A stretch of DNA of 64,000 bases from Fistulifera solaris (GCA_030295235.1 AP026143.1:310001-374000); one strand, 5' to 3'; counted from the stretch's first letter, positions 1 to 12,342 are shown. A program made the numbers and translations. The notes: generated by a model from the letters alone, not told the origin.

Positions 1-234
1 TTTCTGGCGCGCGCCAGCCACTTCAGTGAGTATGTGCTTTCTAGTTCAACGGATCTCGTTTGAACGCCGAGACTGACACAAAAAGTGTTTTACGTAAAAT
101 CTCTGCCAAAGTGGTCGTGGAGGGAGAAATAATAACATACGAGCTCTCGCGTCGCGAGAAAAGACATTTTGAAAATTCGACCACGCCTCATTCTCTTCCC
201 ATTGCAACCAATAAGAATTGCAACAACAAGATTG

Positions 235-1653
235 ATGAAACATGATGTCATGAGGCAAAAGTTCCACCAATTCTTTCTCCTTGTAGCCTTCGTACTCGTG
301 TGGCTATGGACTATCAATATTCAAGTCGTCCAAGACCACTGGAGTTCTCCCAACTGGGCTGCTCCGCATGAAACAATTAACGCCGATGACTTTGAATTTC
401 ATTATGTATTTAGCACCGGATGCAATGCCTTTCAAGATTGGCAATCGTGGACCTTCTTTTATCACGCGCATCAACTGGGAATACAACATGTGACGCGGGT
501 CGCGTCGGGATGTTCGAAAGAGCAGCAAGCGAGCATTCGTGCGTCGCATCAAACACAAGTGCAGGCGCTCGCTCCCACGTATCAACTGCATTTGACGCCC
601 GATTTTACGCGCGTTATTCCCGGAAAGACGTACAAATTCTTCAACAAGCCGTACGGATTGCGTCACTGGATGGAAAACCGATTGGGATTTCCTCACCGAT
701 CCAAAGAGTACGATAACACGATTTTTGTTCTCATGGATCCCGATCAAATGTTGTTGCGACCGTTTCAACAAGACATGACCGCGTATGCATCATCGATGAA
801 ATGGGTCAAGAATCCCGCAAAGCCAATACAGATACGAACCGGTCAGCCGTTTGCGCAACTCTACGGGTTGGGCAGCAAATGGGTTCCTTCCATCAACGGC
901 AATCTGACGGATATTTTGAGTTACCTGCCACCCGAGGAGGCGAAAACCTCTCAATTACACCAGTGGACCGAACAGGATGTCAAAGATTATTATGTCGCCG
1001 GTCCGCCGTACCTTGCGACGGGACCGGACCTGTACCGAATCGTCAACACGTGGGCCACGATTGTCATACCCGTGTATCGTGCGACGGACGATTTCTTGTC
1101 GGAAATGTATGCGTACGCCACCGCGGCCGCCCACTGGGGCCTGAAACATCATTTAACACACTCATTTATGGTGTCGAATCCGACCGTGTTACAAGAAGGA
1201 TGGCATTGGATGGACCATAGTCCGGCCACGGCGGTTTGTGCCTCAGCGTCGCAGTATGAAGCGGATTCCTCCAAATACTATCTGCCGAATGTGTTACACT
1301 ATTGTCAGCGTTATTTCTTGGGTCCCTATTTTTTCTCCAAATACATTCTTCCCAAGAACTTTTTGTCGTGCGAACATCCGTTGCTTGTGGAGCCGGAACT
1401 GGATATTGCGAGCCAATACGAGACGTCGGTGACACCGAATGGGGAACTGAATGAAATTCCGAAAAAGCAACGGAATCGGCACGCCTTTATGCTTTGTCAT
1501 ATGATTCATGGACTCAACGAAGCGGCATCGTATTGGAAGGAACACCACTGCCGTGACGGCAATACTGCCAAAACCTTTCTGTTCAAAAAAGCACAAATCG
1601 TAGGGCTATTTGGAACAGCCTCCTGGCACCGTTTATCGACTAATCAATTTTAG
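235..1653 (+). CDS. Type II membrane glycosyltransferase, peptidyl-serine alpha-galactosyltransferase / hydroxyproline O-arabinosyltransferase (SERGT1/HPAT)-like
   Basis: N-terminal TM helix (FFLLVAFVLVWLWTI). Family-like motifs VFSTGCNAFQDWQS, KFFNKPYGLRHW, DxD (DPD), LSEMYAY and VLHYCQRY. First in-frame ATG is at 235. Confidence 0.75.
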   Translation: MKHDVMRQKFHQFFLLVAFVLVWLWTINIQVVQDHWSSPNWAAPHETINADDFEFHYVFSTGCNAFQDWQSWTFFYHAHQLGIQHVTRVASGCSKEQQASIRASHQTQVQALAPTYQLHLTPDFTRVIPGKTYKFFNKPYGLRHWMENRLGFPHRSKEYDNTIFVLMDPDQMLLRPFQQDMTAYASSMKWVKNPAKPIQIRTGQPFAQLYGLGSKWVPSINGNLTDILSYLPPEEAKTSQLHQWTEQDVKDYYVAGPPYLATGPDLYRIVNTWATIVIPVYRATDDFLSEMYAYATAAAHWGLKHHLTHSFMVSNPTVLQEGWHWMDHSPATAVCASASQYEADSSKYYLPNVLHYCQRYFLGPYFFSKYILPKNFLSCEHPLLVEPELDIASQYETSVTPNGELNEIPKKQRNRHAFMLCHMIHGLNEAASYWKEHHCRDGNTAKTFLFKKAQIVGLFGTASWHRLSTNQF

Positions 1654-1707
1654 AAAGGATGATATACTAATTGCTAGCTTATGAAAGTATTTTAAAGAGT
1701 GGCACCG

Positions 1708-2790
1708 TTATCGCGCAGTACTCACGGGCGAGGTTTCAGGGTGATGCGTGAAGAGCTCGGTTGATTCCGTCTTTTCAAGGGCAGAAAGCATGGAATTGTT
1801 CGTGTCACGAGAGTAGTAAATACGATGGAGATCCAGAATTCCATGATTTCGTGCGACAGCAATCGGGTGACCTACATCGGCGGGCAGGTCGTGAGAATGA
1901 TCCAAGAGCATCTCTGGCCACAACGCTCGTTCCAGTCGACGGACGAGTGAATCCACAGAGCGGATACCGCAAACTTGATCCACGCGGCAGCGAAACGTCT
2001 CTCGGATGCTGTGAGGAAGGGCTTCATAGGTCAACAGATCCATAGAGACTAAAATGGCCGCGAACGCCACATGCGATGGGCGGTGCTGCGAACAACTGCT
2101 TCCCAAGCACGTTGCGATTTCGGTCAAGTATCGCGATATTTCGTGAAGAACGTGGAGGACGAGGTCATGCTTCAGTGCTGCTGTAACAACAGAGTCATCG
2201 CATTTTGGCATCAGAACAAGAAGATGGGAAACAAAAGTAACTGGGGAAGGAAGCATCACTTTCCAGCCGACCGTTTGATAGATCGTTCGTTCCGTAATGT
2301 AGATATCATTCATAGTGAACTGCCCCCGAGAGAGATCCGCAAACGTACTGAGGCGAAAGTGAGTCTGGGGTGCATTTTCATCAGGATTGTTTTGTAGCGA
2401 AGCTAGCTTGGCTGAAATATAAATGGAAGTCATGGCGGCGAGTTGGTAGGTTGTAGGATCTGAGCTTCTCTTGCAACAGGGGCATCTGCAATCAGCTACT
2501 TGAAAAGCCTCTCGTTGTCGATCCGTTTGCTCATGATACAAGAGAAATCGATCAAACAGGTTCATGCCGATTGTCACTACTTCACGATCGAGACGAAAGT
2601 GATCGATGACACGGAAAGCCCACTGGCATATCTTACGACGCCATGATTCGAGGGGCACACGGCCGTACTTTGTTATGGAAGAACACGGAAGACGGGGCAC
2701 GACGTAAGACTCCTCGATAGACATCATCGCTTCCAGCTGATCCCGACGCAAACCGTCATCCCCTTCTGCTATCTGAAATCGATAGTTCAT
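1708..2790 (-). CDS. Cyclin, diatom-specific cyclin (dsCYC)-like
   Basis: Cyclin N box WRRKICQWAFRVIDHFRLDREVVTIGMNLFDRFL, then YQLAAMTSIYISAKL and LSRGQF. C-terminal cyclin fold with RPSHVAFAAI. Confidence 0.85.
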   Translation of the reverse strand: MNYRFQIAEGDDGLRRDQLEAMMSIEESYVVPRLPCSSITKYGRVPLESWRRKICQWAFRVIDHFRLDREVVTIGMNLFDRFLLYHEQTDRQREAFQVADCRCPCCKRSSDPTTYQLAAMTSIYISAKLASLQNNPDENAPQTHFRLSTFADLSRGQFTMNDIYITERTIYQTVGWKVMLPSPVTFVSHLLVLMPKCDDSVVTAALKHDLVLHVLHEISRYLTEIATCLGSSCSQHRPSHVAFAAILVSMDLLTYEALPHSIRETFRCRVDQVCGIRSVDSLVRRLERALWPEMLLDHSHDLPADVGHPIAVARNHGILDLHRIYYSRDTNNSMLSALEKTESTELFTHHPETSPVSTAR

Positions 2791-4013
2791 GATCTGTTAC
2801 ATCAACAAAATGCACAATTACAACAATGTCTTGTAAGCTTCTTGTCACTTTTTGTGTAAAGTCATTAAATTCCGTCTCGCAAAGCTGACTTTTGATGTTT
2901 TTCGCAGCTCATTCGCACTCGATCTGGGGAAGAACGTGAAGAAGAATCCCTGGAATGATTTTTTTGTCGACTTTTGAGCTTCAATTGCAACCCAGTGGTT
3001 TTATGTGCGAATATTGCCAATGTAGACAAATTTATTTAAGCCATGCCGTCACGTTTCGGATACTTGAGTGCTGGTCTTTCCAAACAAGTTTCATACTTGT
3101 GCCCATCAGATGATCATTGTACCAAACGGCTCTCAACCGAAATATCACTTGATATTTATCCTTCCTTCGTAATTAGACGTGGTTCTTCAAAGACGGACGC
3201 TATTTAGTCGCTAGTGACTCAACAGAAAGTCTTGCAAAAATGCTTCCTTCACAATAGAATGTTCCGTGACGGATCACGGACGATGGGTTCTCATCTTGTG
3301 AATTACCAACCATTTTGTAGACTCGTGCCTGACAAAAGACAAAACTACTTCCGGATTTACGAGAAATACCAGGTAGGGTCCAGCTTCTGGTTATCAATAC
3401 GGAGTCGTTCTTTTCCCAGGACGGGGTAGCCCAGTGGGTTTCAATGGCCGATGAAATGTGTTCTTTGCCGATGCTTGATGCTTTCCACCCAACTCCGATT
3501 TCACCACCTGCTCGGTTTTGATAATGTCTTAACTAATACTAGACTAGAGGTACAAGTAGAAAGCTAGCAAGGAAAGGTAGTTCGTTGACGTCATCGGAGT
3601 GTCAACAATCTTGACTTTTTGAAGTCATCCCAGTCTTGCTGGATTCTTTCCCGAATGACAAGCTATGAAGTATGAATAGTTGACGTTGTTCAAAAGCCTA
3701 CTGCGAGTAAGTTTTTACAGCAAAGTTCTTCACTGTTCATCGTCTATAACCACTCATTCTGATCATGTTAGTTTAGGGGTCTTGTAAGTCGCTTAATAGA
3801 AAAAAAGAACCTCAATGCTAGTTCGAAAACATAGTAGTAGATAGCATCCTGATTTCGTCTTTTTAATGAATTCAGCTTCCTTATCTCAATCAAATAACTA
3901 CAGAGAATGTCATATAAATCGCGTCTCTCGTGTGAAACCATTAGTTACAAGTTGATGAATCCACTATACTATTTGATCTTTACAACGCCTCAAGACGCAC
4001 TATATTATACTAT

Positions 4014-4679
4014 TCACGTACACTCCGGACAGACTTGCCCTTTCTTGAAACAATGACGCGGAGGAGCTGTTTCAGCGGGAATTCCTCCGTCCTCGCCCAC
4101 AATCTTTTCCAAAATATCCGCTATTTCACTCATATTTAGTTCTTTGGTGATATCCTCGAGCTGGACATGGACCAAATCTCCCTTGCCGTCAAAGATGAGA
4201 ATCCCACCTTGAATCGTCCCTTCGCCGACCATGTTGCCTTCAATCTTCTTTTGCGACATGCGTTTCGACAGTTTTCGCATATTGCTCAACAATTTAAAGA
4301 TGGTTTTGATCTTGAAAATGGATCGATTGCCCATGGCTTTGTACAATTGCAAGTCTTCATCCAAATAGATGGGCCACGAATTGAAATAGTCCTTGTGAAA
4401 TGATTTCAATCCAGCATCATCGACACCGATTTCCTTTACGACTCCGAGGACCGCAATTTTGTTGGAAGAAAGGTTCGACAGTTGTTTGCCGTGTTCTCGA
4501 CAGAGGACACAACCGGGACGACGAGCGGCAAAGACAATGGTGGCTTCTTTCTGTTGTTCCAAGATGATTTGCCGCAGTGTCGCGGCTCCTGTTGGGACGA
4601 CGGTATCTTGTGTCAAATCGAGGGAATGCAAGACGACGGAAGAGACGTGTTCCGACGTGATTTTTTTCGTCATGGTCAT
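4014..4679 (-). CDS. Peroxiredoxin-like 2 (AhpC/TSA, PRXL2/FAM213 family) redoxin
   Basis: RRPGCVLCRE CxxC motif, IYLDEDLQLYKAMG and GEGTIQGGILIF. ATG at 4679 (MTMTKK). Confidence 0.8.
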   Translation of the reverse strand: MTMTKKITSEHVSSVVLHSLDLTQDTVVPTGAATLRQIILEQQKEATIVFAARRPGCVLCREHGKQLSNLSSNKIAVLGVVKEIGVDDAGLKSFHKDYFNSWPIYLDEDLQLYKAMGNRSIFKIKTIFKLLSNMRKLSKRMSQKKIEGNMVGEGTIQGGILIFDGKGDLVHVQLEDITKELNMSEIADILEKIVGEDGGIPAETAPPRHCFKKGQVCPECT

Positions 4680-5244
4680 GGCTGGTCTGTACTCTTGCGG
4701 CGGAAGGTATTGAATGAGCCAGCGCTGCTCGGCGTCAATTGAATAATTGTGACTAGAGACTTTAAAGAATGCTTTTCTCGGAGAAACAAGTGCTTTATTA
4801 TGGAAATGAAACAGTAAAGGGAATCGCTGGGAATGTTCCGACCGGCATGACGTTGTCGGCGATGAGCGACAAAGAATAAACCAAAAAGACACGCACCTCG
4901 GTCATTCTCCCCTGCGTTCGCCACGTCATCCATCATTCGGAGAGTAGGGAAGTGTCGGACCGGCATAGGACGACGAACAGACCACTTCGTCCGTCTTTTT
5001 TTTCGAAAAACGGAGCGGCGCGCAGAGCGATGCTTTTCCAGAGCCATTCATCGACCAAACACCAAGGACGAAAAAACAAACATTTTAAAAGCGAAAAAGG
5101 GAAAGAGACGTTGACGAAAGTCTTGTCATTGTTAACAGTTCTCCTATCACTTGACGAAAGAGAAAAAAGGAAGCCTTCTGGAACTCGCTGTTGTAGCATT
5201 TTGCCTCTTTTTCCTTATTATTTAACACACAAATCATCATCATC

Positions 5245-8200
5245 ATGACGGAAGTGAACATTGATCAAATGGCCGCTTGTTTGCACGCCTTGACACAACC
5301 CAACACCGATACGATTCGTCAAGCCGAACTCCAGTTAAAGCCGGTCTTGAAAAATCCCGCCAATATGCCCGTCTTGTGGCGGATTATTACGGGCAATTAT
5401 GACGTGGCCGTCCGTCACGTGGCCGCCATTGTGTTGCGCAAACGCTTGCCCGGCCATTACAGTCAATGGGATCCGGCCGCAAGAGAGCAGTGGCAACGAC
5501 AAGTCTTGCAGGCGTTGGCGACCGAGACGGTTCGTCCCGTTCGGGCCGGGTTGTTGGGTGTCGCGGCGGCCATTGCGCAGCATCATACCACGGCACCACC
5601 CCAAATTCTCCAATTCTTGGCGGCCGCCGTCAATGATCCGTCTCCCGATGCGCGGGAATTGTGTTTCTTGTTGTTGCTCGAAATGACGGATACGGTGGGA
5701 ACGCATTGGAAGGAACACGTCAACGATTTGGTGCATCTCTTTAGTACGACGCTCCATTCGACCCACGAACCACCGGCCGTTCACAAGGCGGCCGTGCAAG
5801 CGGTGGGACAACTCATGTCCTTCTGGGCCGATGAACCCGAAATGGAATATTTGGCTCCACTCTTGCCGACCGTATTGCACGTGGCCGGTCTGTCGAACGA
5901 TGAAGATTTGTTGTCGGCCGTCTTGGATGTTCTGTACGAGTTGGCGTACTCGCCGGCGGGGGCCTTGCAGGCCCACATGGAATTGACGGTGGAATTTTCC
6001 CTTCGTTGTCTCCAGAATCGAGACTTGGAATTGCGTGTACGTGATGCGGCGGCCTTGGTGATTGCTACGACGGGTGAATCGAAACCAAAATCTTTCGGCA
6101 AGCATCGAGCCATGCTGGGAGCTGTCTTGGACACGCTCTTTCAGCTCATGCAAGATTCGCAGGAAAGTTCGGCCGGAGCTTTGTTCGAATCGAATCCCGC
6201 GTGGAGAGAGGACTTGGATCATCACACCGACGATGATCTAGATGATCCTGACAGTCCCACCGAAACGAGCATGGCGCAAGGAACTTTGGACATGATGGCC
6301 TGTGAAATCCCCAAAAAGTACATTTGGGAACCATTGCTGCAGCGCTGCATCTCCCGTATGGCGGATGCGAGCAACCCACAGGCTCGCAAAGCCGGTGTGG
6401 CCGGTCTCGGTGTCATTGCGGAGGGATGTTGCGAACCTTTGACGGCGGCCTTGCCGCAAGTTTTGCCGTATGTCTTTGCTTCCGCGCAAGATGCAGCTCC
6501 CGCCGTGCGCGAATGCGCCTGCTTTTGTTTGGGGCAGCTGTCCGAACATTGTCAGCCGGATATTTTGCAGTATTCTACTCAGATTTTGCCCATCGTCTTT
6601 TCTCTGTTGGATGACGGTTCCGTGGCGGTGCAGGCAACCTCTTGCTATGTTTTGGAAATGTTTTGTGAACGCCTCGAGCCTGCTGCTGTTCGTCCCTTGT
6701 TAGACTCGCTTGTGCGAAAACTGGCCGGCATGTTGGAAGCTACGACCAAGCGAAGTGTTCAAGAGATGGCGGTGGCTGCGCTCGCCGCCACCGCCGTCGC
6801 TGCGGAAGAGGAGTTCACGCCGTATGTCCAAGGTGTGGCCACCTTGATGACCAAATTGATGCAGATACAAGATCCCGATCGCTTCAGTTTGCGTGGACGT
6901 GCTTTGGAATGCATGGGTCACATGGGCATTGCCGTTGGCTGCGAAACGTTTCGACCCTATTTCGCCGCTACGATGCAATGCGCCATGGAGGGCTTGACGA
7001 CGGACTCCACGGAGCTACAAGAGTTTGCCTATGCGGTATTCGCGAACTTGGCCAAAGTTATGAAAGAGGAATTCGCCCCAGCGTTAAATGATCTCGTTCC
7101 GTACCTGATCAAGGTCATCGACCAAGATGAAGGGCAGTTGGAAGCCACGCAACGAGACGACGAGGAAGGTGCTTTTGCCGCTTTGGATGATTCGGATGAT
7201 GAGAATGAGGATGGAAACTACGTCCTACATGTCCGAACAGCGTTACTTGATGTTAAGAAAGGCGCAATTACGGCACTAGGAGAGATGGCTGCTCATACCG
7301 GAACTAGCTTCTGTCCTCATCTGGAGGCTTCGATGCAGGTGCTGCAGAAAGCAGCATTGAATTGGCATCCCCTCGTCAAGTCCGAAGTTGCCGATGCATT
7401 TCCGTCCCTTATTGTCCCTTCAATTGCTGCATACCACAATGGTGAAATTGAATGGAAGAAGGGAGACATTGACGCATCTCCACCCCTCTCCGCTCACACA
7501 GCGGCGTTGGTTGGAGCTGTTCTACAAGAAGAATTGACGCTGCTTCAAAACGATGATGACAAGAACACCGCAACGAAGGCTTGTGAAGCTGTCCAATCAG
7601 TCTTGGAGTTATGTGGCCCTCACGCTTTGGCACCGGTGGCCGACACTGTTCTTGCTACAGTGCTTGACATTCTATTGAAGCAAGCGCCGTGTCAAACGGC
7701 GGACGCCATGTATGGAGAGGTTCCTGATGACGACGATGATCATGATGGTTTGATGCAGTCGGCGTGTGATCTGATCGGTGCGTTGGGACGAGTTATGGGT
7801 GCCCACCTCGCCAATTTCTTGCCGCAACTACTTCCTGCTATTTGTGAATATGCGAAATCAAGCCGCCCTTCAAGCGACCGATCCATGGCGGTGGGCTGTC
7901 TAAGCGAGATTGCCCAAGAAGTTCCCATTTCAGGCGAGTACTGGACGACCGTTTTCCTGCCAGCCATTTTGGCTGGCTTGTCGGACGAGGACGACAATGT
8001 GAAGCGAAATGCAGCCTTCTGTGCCGGGGTCAGCTGTGAGCAGCTGGGAAATAATGTTGGTTCCGACTACGCTGGAATTTTGCCGTTACTGGGTAATATT
8101 TTGGCGCGACAGGATGGTGGAGAAGTTACAGAATCTGTCGGTGCATGCATGGACAATGCAGCGGCTGCCGTCGCAAGAATGATTATGGCATCCCCCGCCC

Positions 8201-8434
8201 ATGTGCCGCTACCCCAAGTTCTTCCGGTCTTTTTTAAGAGCCTTGCCATTGAAACATGATATGACAGAGAATGAAACGGTCTATAAATGTATGCTAGGCT
8301 TGCTCCAGATGCAACCTGGACAGGTGGATTCCAATGAAGTGAAACGGATATTTACAGCAGCTTTAGCCGCCGAAGATTCCTCATTAAGCGATGAATGGAA
8401 GGGAAAGCTGCAAAGTGCTTTACAAGGGCTATAA
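5245..8434 (+). CDS. IPO4: Importin-4 (importin-beta family HEAT-repeat karyopherin); apparent frameshift at the T-run near 8230-8235
   Basis: IBN_N-like start (PNTDTIRQAELQLK, VRHVAAIVLRK), HEAT repeats, RGRALEC, RNAAFCAG and DNAAAAVARMI. The C-terminus (LPLKHDMTENETVY) continues in ORF 8201..8434. Confidence 0.85.
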
Positions 8435-8789
8435 TATATAAAACACCTTTCAGAATTGAGTTGAATATATTCGTAGATCAATGAGTTATAACAGTAGTCG
8501 TAGATGATACCAAGATTACGTTTAGCCTCGGCTGTAGGCATGACCTGCTGTGGCTTAATTGCACGATATTCTGTGCATGCAGCTCCAGTAATAGCCTTTT
8601 TTGCTTTATGTGAAGTCACGATGTATACCGAGTACTGTATTGACAAAGCTGCTGCAAAGTAGACTACTCCGTACTAAAGATCATGAATCATGAATCATGA
8701 GGCCTAAAATTAACCTTGACTGGATTTCAGTCATGGGGCGTGTCCTATCGCGATCACGTCAACGACAACGACCACGCGCAGACGAACAG

Positions 8790-8885
8790 TATCGAAGGAT
8801 TGCCGTTTTTTCGATATTTATCAAGAAGTCCCGGCCGCCAATGATACCGCTGGCTTTCTTGATGGCTATTCTCATTATCAGACCC
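8790..8885 (+). pseudogene. Internal fragment of the MYND-finger gene family
   Basis: TGCCGTTTT..ATTTATCAAGAAGTCCCGGC..CTGGC..TTGATGGCTAT.CTCATTATCA matches 11892-11980 of the second MYND copy. It encodes PLAFLMAILII. Confidence 0.75.
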
Positions 8886-8899
8886 GAAATTCTGCATGA

Positions 8900-9425
8900 G
8901 CAGATACACCGATTCCAGAATTTCTGAATCAGAAACAGAATTCCTGTAAGTTTTATGGTCGCAAACACCGATTCCAGAATTTCTGGACCTGCCACAGGAT
9001 CTCGGTATGATGGCAAACACCGATTCCAGTATTTCTGGAACTGCTTCAGAACTTCGGTATCATGCAAACCCTAATTCCAGATTTTCTGGAATAACAACAG
9101 AATTTCTAAAAGATCGCAAACACCGATTCCAGAATTTCTGGCAGTGCTTCAGAATCTTGGTATGATGCAAAGACTAATAGACTACTACGTACCAGAAATT
9201 CTGGAATTGCAACAGAATTTCTGTATGATCGATAACACCGATTATTCCAGCATTATTATTTCTGGACTGCTAAAATCTCGGTATGATGCAAACACCGATC
9301 CCAGAATTTCTGGAACTGCCGCAGAATCTCGGTATGACCGCAAACACCGATTCCAAAATTTCTGGAACAGCCACAGAATCTCGGTATGATTGCAAACACC
9401 GTTGATTCCAGAATTTCTGGAACTG
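8900..9425. repeat. Tandem minisatellite, about 10 copies of a ~52-bp unit (GCAAACACCGATTCCAGAATTTCTGGAACTGCCACAGAATCTCGGTATGAT)
   Basis: Unit starts near 8904, 8962, 9014, 9065, 9117, 9168, 9233, 9289, 9341 and 9393. Each unit has a near-palindromic core TTCCAGAA-T-TTCTGGAA. Confidence 0.9.
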
Positions 9426-9513
9426 GAACCGTCGCCGGTTGCCGTACCTGTTACTGCGTTTAGAACCGTTACTGTTTTAGCTTAAAGTGCTTTCAGCCGC
9501 AACATTAACAACA

Positions 9514-10650
9514 ATGGAACCACCTCCTAACACGTTGATCGTGCCGACTATCCATGGGGAAGCCCTTGTGGTTAAAATGCCAACGTACGAAGGAAGAGAT
9601 CCATGTTTTCAAAAAGAACCTTCGTGTGTTCATTGTCACAATAAGCCCACTTCTGGCTTGTTGTGCTGTTCGCTGCCACACAGCCTGGTACTGCAACAGC
9701 GCATGTCAGAAAGCTCACTATAACAAACATAAAAGGATTTGCTTGGAAGTTGCTCGACAAACAAAAGCTGTGAGGCTGCTCCTCTTTGCAACTTTCGCTC
9801 ACAAAATCTTTTCGAGACGACGTGACAAACTTTAGCGAGGTGCAAGAAACAAAGAGTACATGACAGCCCGCTGGGGTCTGATGGAGACATACTGGGAGGC
9901 AGCCTGTCAAGCTGAAACGAAAGCAGTTTGGGAAAAGGTTCTTTATCACTCACTCGCATTGCTGCGATTGGAAATGTTTGATGTCATGGAAATGAGATAC
10001 ATTACTCCTTTCATCCTCCTGGATCTGCAACGGGATGATGACGCGTTTGCCTTCGTTCGATACTTTATCAGTTTATATTACCTGGGGGGACGCGGCAACG
10101 GACGACTTGCAGCGTCGTTATATCCAGTGTCAAGAAGGCAACTGGGTCTATCCGCGAGGAAAACTGTCGGTTCTTGGACATTTTTCAAGAGTGTTCAAGG
10201 ATGAGGGAGGACGTTATGCCAACGGCATTTCTAGTTGCAGTTCTTGTTATTAAACTCCGCCTTGTTGCAGCTTATGATGCGACCCGCAGGTCGATTGATA
10301 TTGCTTCCGAAACAACAGGGCGGGCAGCGCATTCAACAGGTCCAAGATGTAGTAAAAGACATGTTGATTGATGACAAGTTGGTGAACATCGAAAGTCAAA
10401 GACAGCAAATCGAACGTCTTATAAACGTTATTCATCGCATCAATCCTTCCATGCTTCCTGCGATTCTCAATCCGCACCCACTTATAAGGCAGCGCCCCAC
10501 CATTGAGCACTCCAGGAGAACCCTGCGAGGCGCTGCACATACTTCTCTTCTGTATGCCCTCAAATCCGTGTACCAGGAGCGAGAGAGAAGCTCGAGCAAC
10601 GCTTCGGCAAGATGCCTTCCTACAATACATTCATTCGACACGGAGGTCCT
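9514..10650 (+). pseudogene. MYND-type zinc-finger protein, copy 1 (multiple frameshifts)
   Basis: CVHC..CHTAWYCNSACQKAHYNKHKRIC, then LLDLQRDDDAFAFVRY, AFLVAVLVIKLRLVAAYDA and IHRINPSMLPAILNP, split across several frames. Confidence 0.7.
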
Positions 10651-10694
10651 TACTAATCATTACAACAGCGGTCCTTACTAATCATTGCAACAGC
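10645..10694. repeat. 25-bp direct tandem duplication
   Basis: GGTCCTTACTAATCATT(A/G)CAACAGC occurs twice, with one mismatch. Confidence 0.8.
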
Positions 10695-10759
10695 CTTGCA
10701 AAAAGTGAGCCAGCATTCTTATAGCCTTATTAGTCCAAGACAGCACGCCGGTATGACGC

Positions 10760-10900
10760 TTAGCGTCATTCATCAAAAAAAACCCTGCCATGCTTCCGTC
10801 GATTTTCAACCAGCTTTCCTCTTACATCACAGAAACGCCCGGCTTCGTCCACAGTCCAGCTGAACCTTTATTGCCACCATCCCTTTTATCGTGTTCCGGG
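10760..10900 (+). pseudogene. C-terminal fragment of the MYND-finger gene family
   Basis: CGTCATTCATC..CC.GCCATGCTTCCGTCGATTTTCAAC (VIH..PAMLPSIFN) resembles 10426-10470 (VIHRINPSMLPAILN). Confidence 0.55.
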
Positions 10901-11143
10901 AGCTACAGTCATGAGAGAGCAACACTCTGGGGAAAATCTCTGTTTGGTCCAGGTTTTGTCTTCTTCAGTAGCAACATTCGGTCGGTTTGGCTCATACCTA
11001 GCCAAGGATCGTCTTGGTTGCGCATACCGGTACCACTTTAGTACTTTCGAGTCGCCATGTGAGGGGTACCGAACAGACACATTTCCGGCAATAGAACGGC
11101 GAAAACACAAAAACGCAAGAAAAAAGTCATCGATCGATCGAAC

Positions 11144-12342
11144 ATGAACGCGCACACGGGAACAATCACAGCATCACACAACAGCCCGATCTCACAAGAC
11201 AGCAACGAGCTGTCAATACAACAGCAAATACTCAGAAAAATCATGGGAGTCATCGGCGTCGATTCTCCCCACGGTACAGACAAATTACCGTCGTACGAAG
11301 GAAAAGATCCGTTCTTTCAAGAAGAACCGTGGTGTGTCTATTGTCACAGTCGACCGGCTGCGGGCTTGCGGTGCTGCTCGGGCTGTCATACCGCTTGGTA
11401 TTGCAACCAAACCTGTCAGAAGGCTCATTATGTCAGCGGACACAAAGAGATTTGTTTGCTTGTTGCACAAGACGTGAAACGCGTCAAGAAATACGCGGCA
11501 CCTTTACCGAAAGATGCGTGTCAATGATGTTTTGGAAGACTATTTTGAAACACAAGTTGGAGATTTCGGTCAGTGCCCAAAGACTCAAATGTACCTGGCC
11601 GCCCGTCATGCCTTGATGGATACGTGCACGAGACGGCAGCGTCGGAAGTAAAGATTCAAGAGGTCTATGAAAAGGCGCTCTTTCACGCGTTGGCCGTGCT
11701 CCCGATTGGATGCTGAGGATGGAATTGAAACGCGATATGTGGCGCCTTTTATTCTTCTCAACTTACATCCTGATGATGATGCTTTTGATTTCATTAGGTA
11801 TTGGATGAAAGTAAGCGGACAGGAAACCACCGAAGAGTTTTGGGTTCGACTGCAAAGTGAAGAAGGAGAGTGGACGTACCGCGAGAAAGACTGCCGTTTT
11901 CTCAACATTTATCAAGAAGTCCCGGCTGCTAACGAACACAATGTACCACTGGCATTTTTGATGGCTATCCTCATTATCAAGCTTCGCATTGTTGCAACGT
12001 ATGATGCGACTTGTCGCTCTATCGATCTAGCTTTTCAAACTACGGGCGGACGGCGCATTCACATGATTCAGAACGCAGTGAAAGATATATTCCTTGGTGA
12101 CCGAGTGAAAATTATTGAGAATCAACGACAACAAGTAGAATGACTCATCAATGTCATTCATGACAACAACCGGTTCATGTTCCCATTGATTGCCAATCCC
12201 ATCCCGCAAATGACCCTGGTTGCCCCACACGATCTTATTCGAGGCCGACCCTCGGAGGCTGAATTTGTTCTTCGCTATTGCATTCGATGCATTAGTCGTG
12301 ATTCCGGGGGTGATGGAGATGCTCGAGCGGCGCTTCGGATAA
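11144..12342 (+). pseudogene. MYND-type zinc-finger protein, copy 2 (frameshifts and an in-frame TGA at 12141)
   Basis: Complete MYND finger CVYC..CSGCHTAWYCNQTCQKAHY..HKEIC. Also LLNLHPDDDAFDFIRYW and PLAFLMAILIIKLRIVATYDA. GAA-TGA-CTC stands where copy 1 has GAA-CGT-CTT. Confidence 0.75.

Noticed and set aside
5335..6225. 296-aa antisense ORF within importin-4, and similar antisense ORFs over H3, H2B and the epimerase
   Set aside because: They have no recognisable motifs and are expected from codon bias on the sense strand.
8697..9389. Short ORFs over the repeat array (8697..8927, 8754..9020, 8759..9067, 9144..9389)
   Set aside because: These are by-products of the tandem repeat and the MYND fragment.
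8900..9425. CRISPR array (palindromic ~28-bp repeat plus ~23-bp spacer)
   Set aside because: The spacers are homologous to each other, the repeats are degenerate, no cas genes are present and the context is eukaryotic. It is a tandem repeat.
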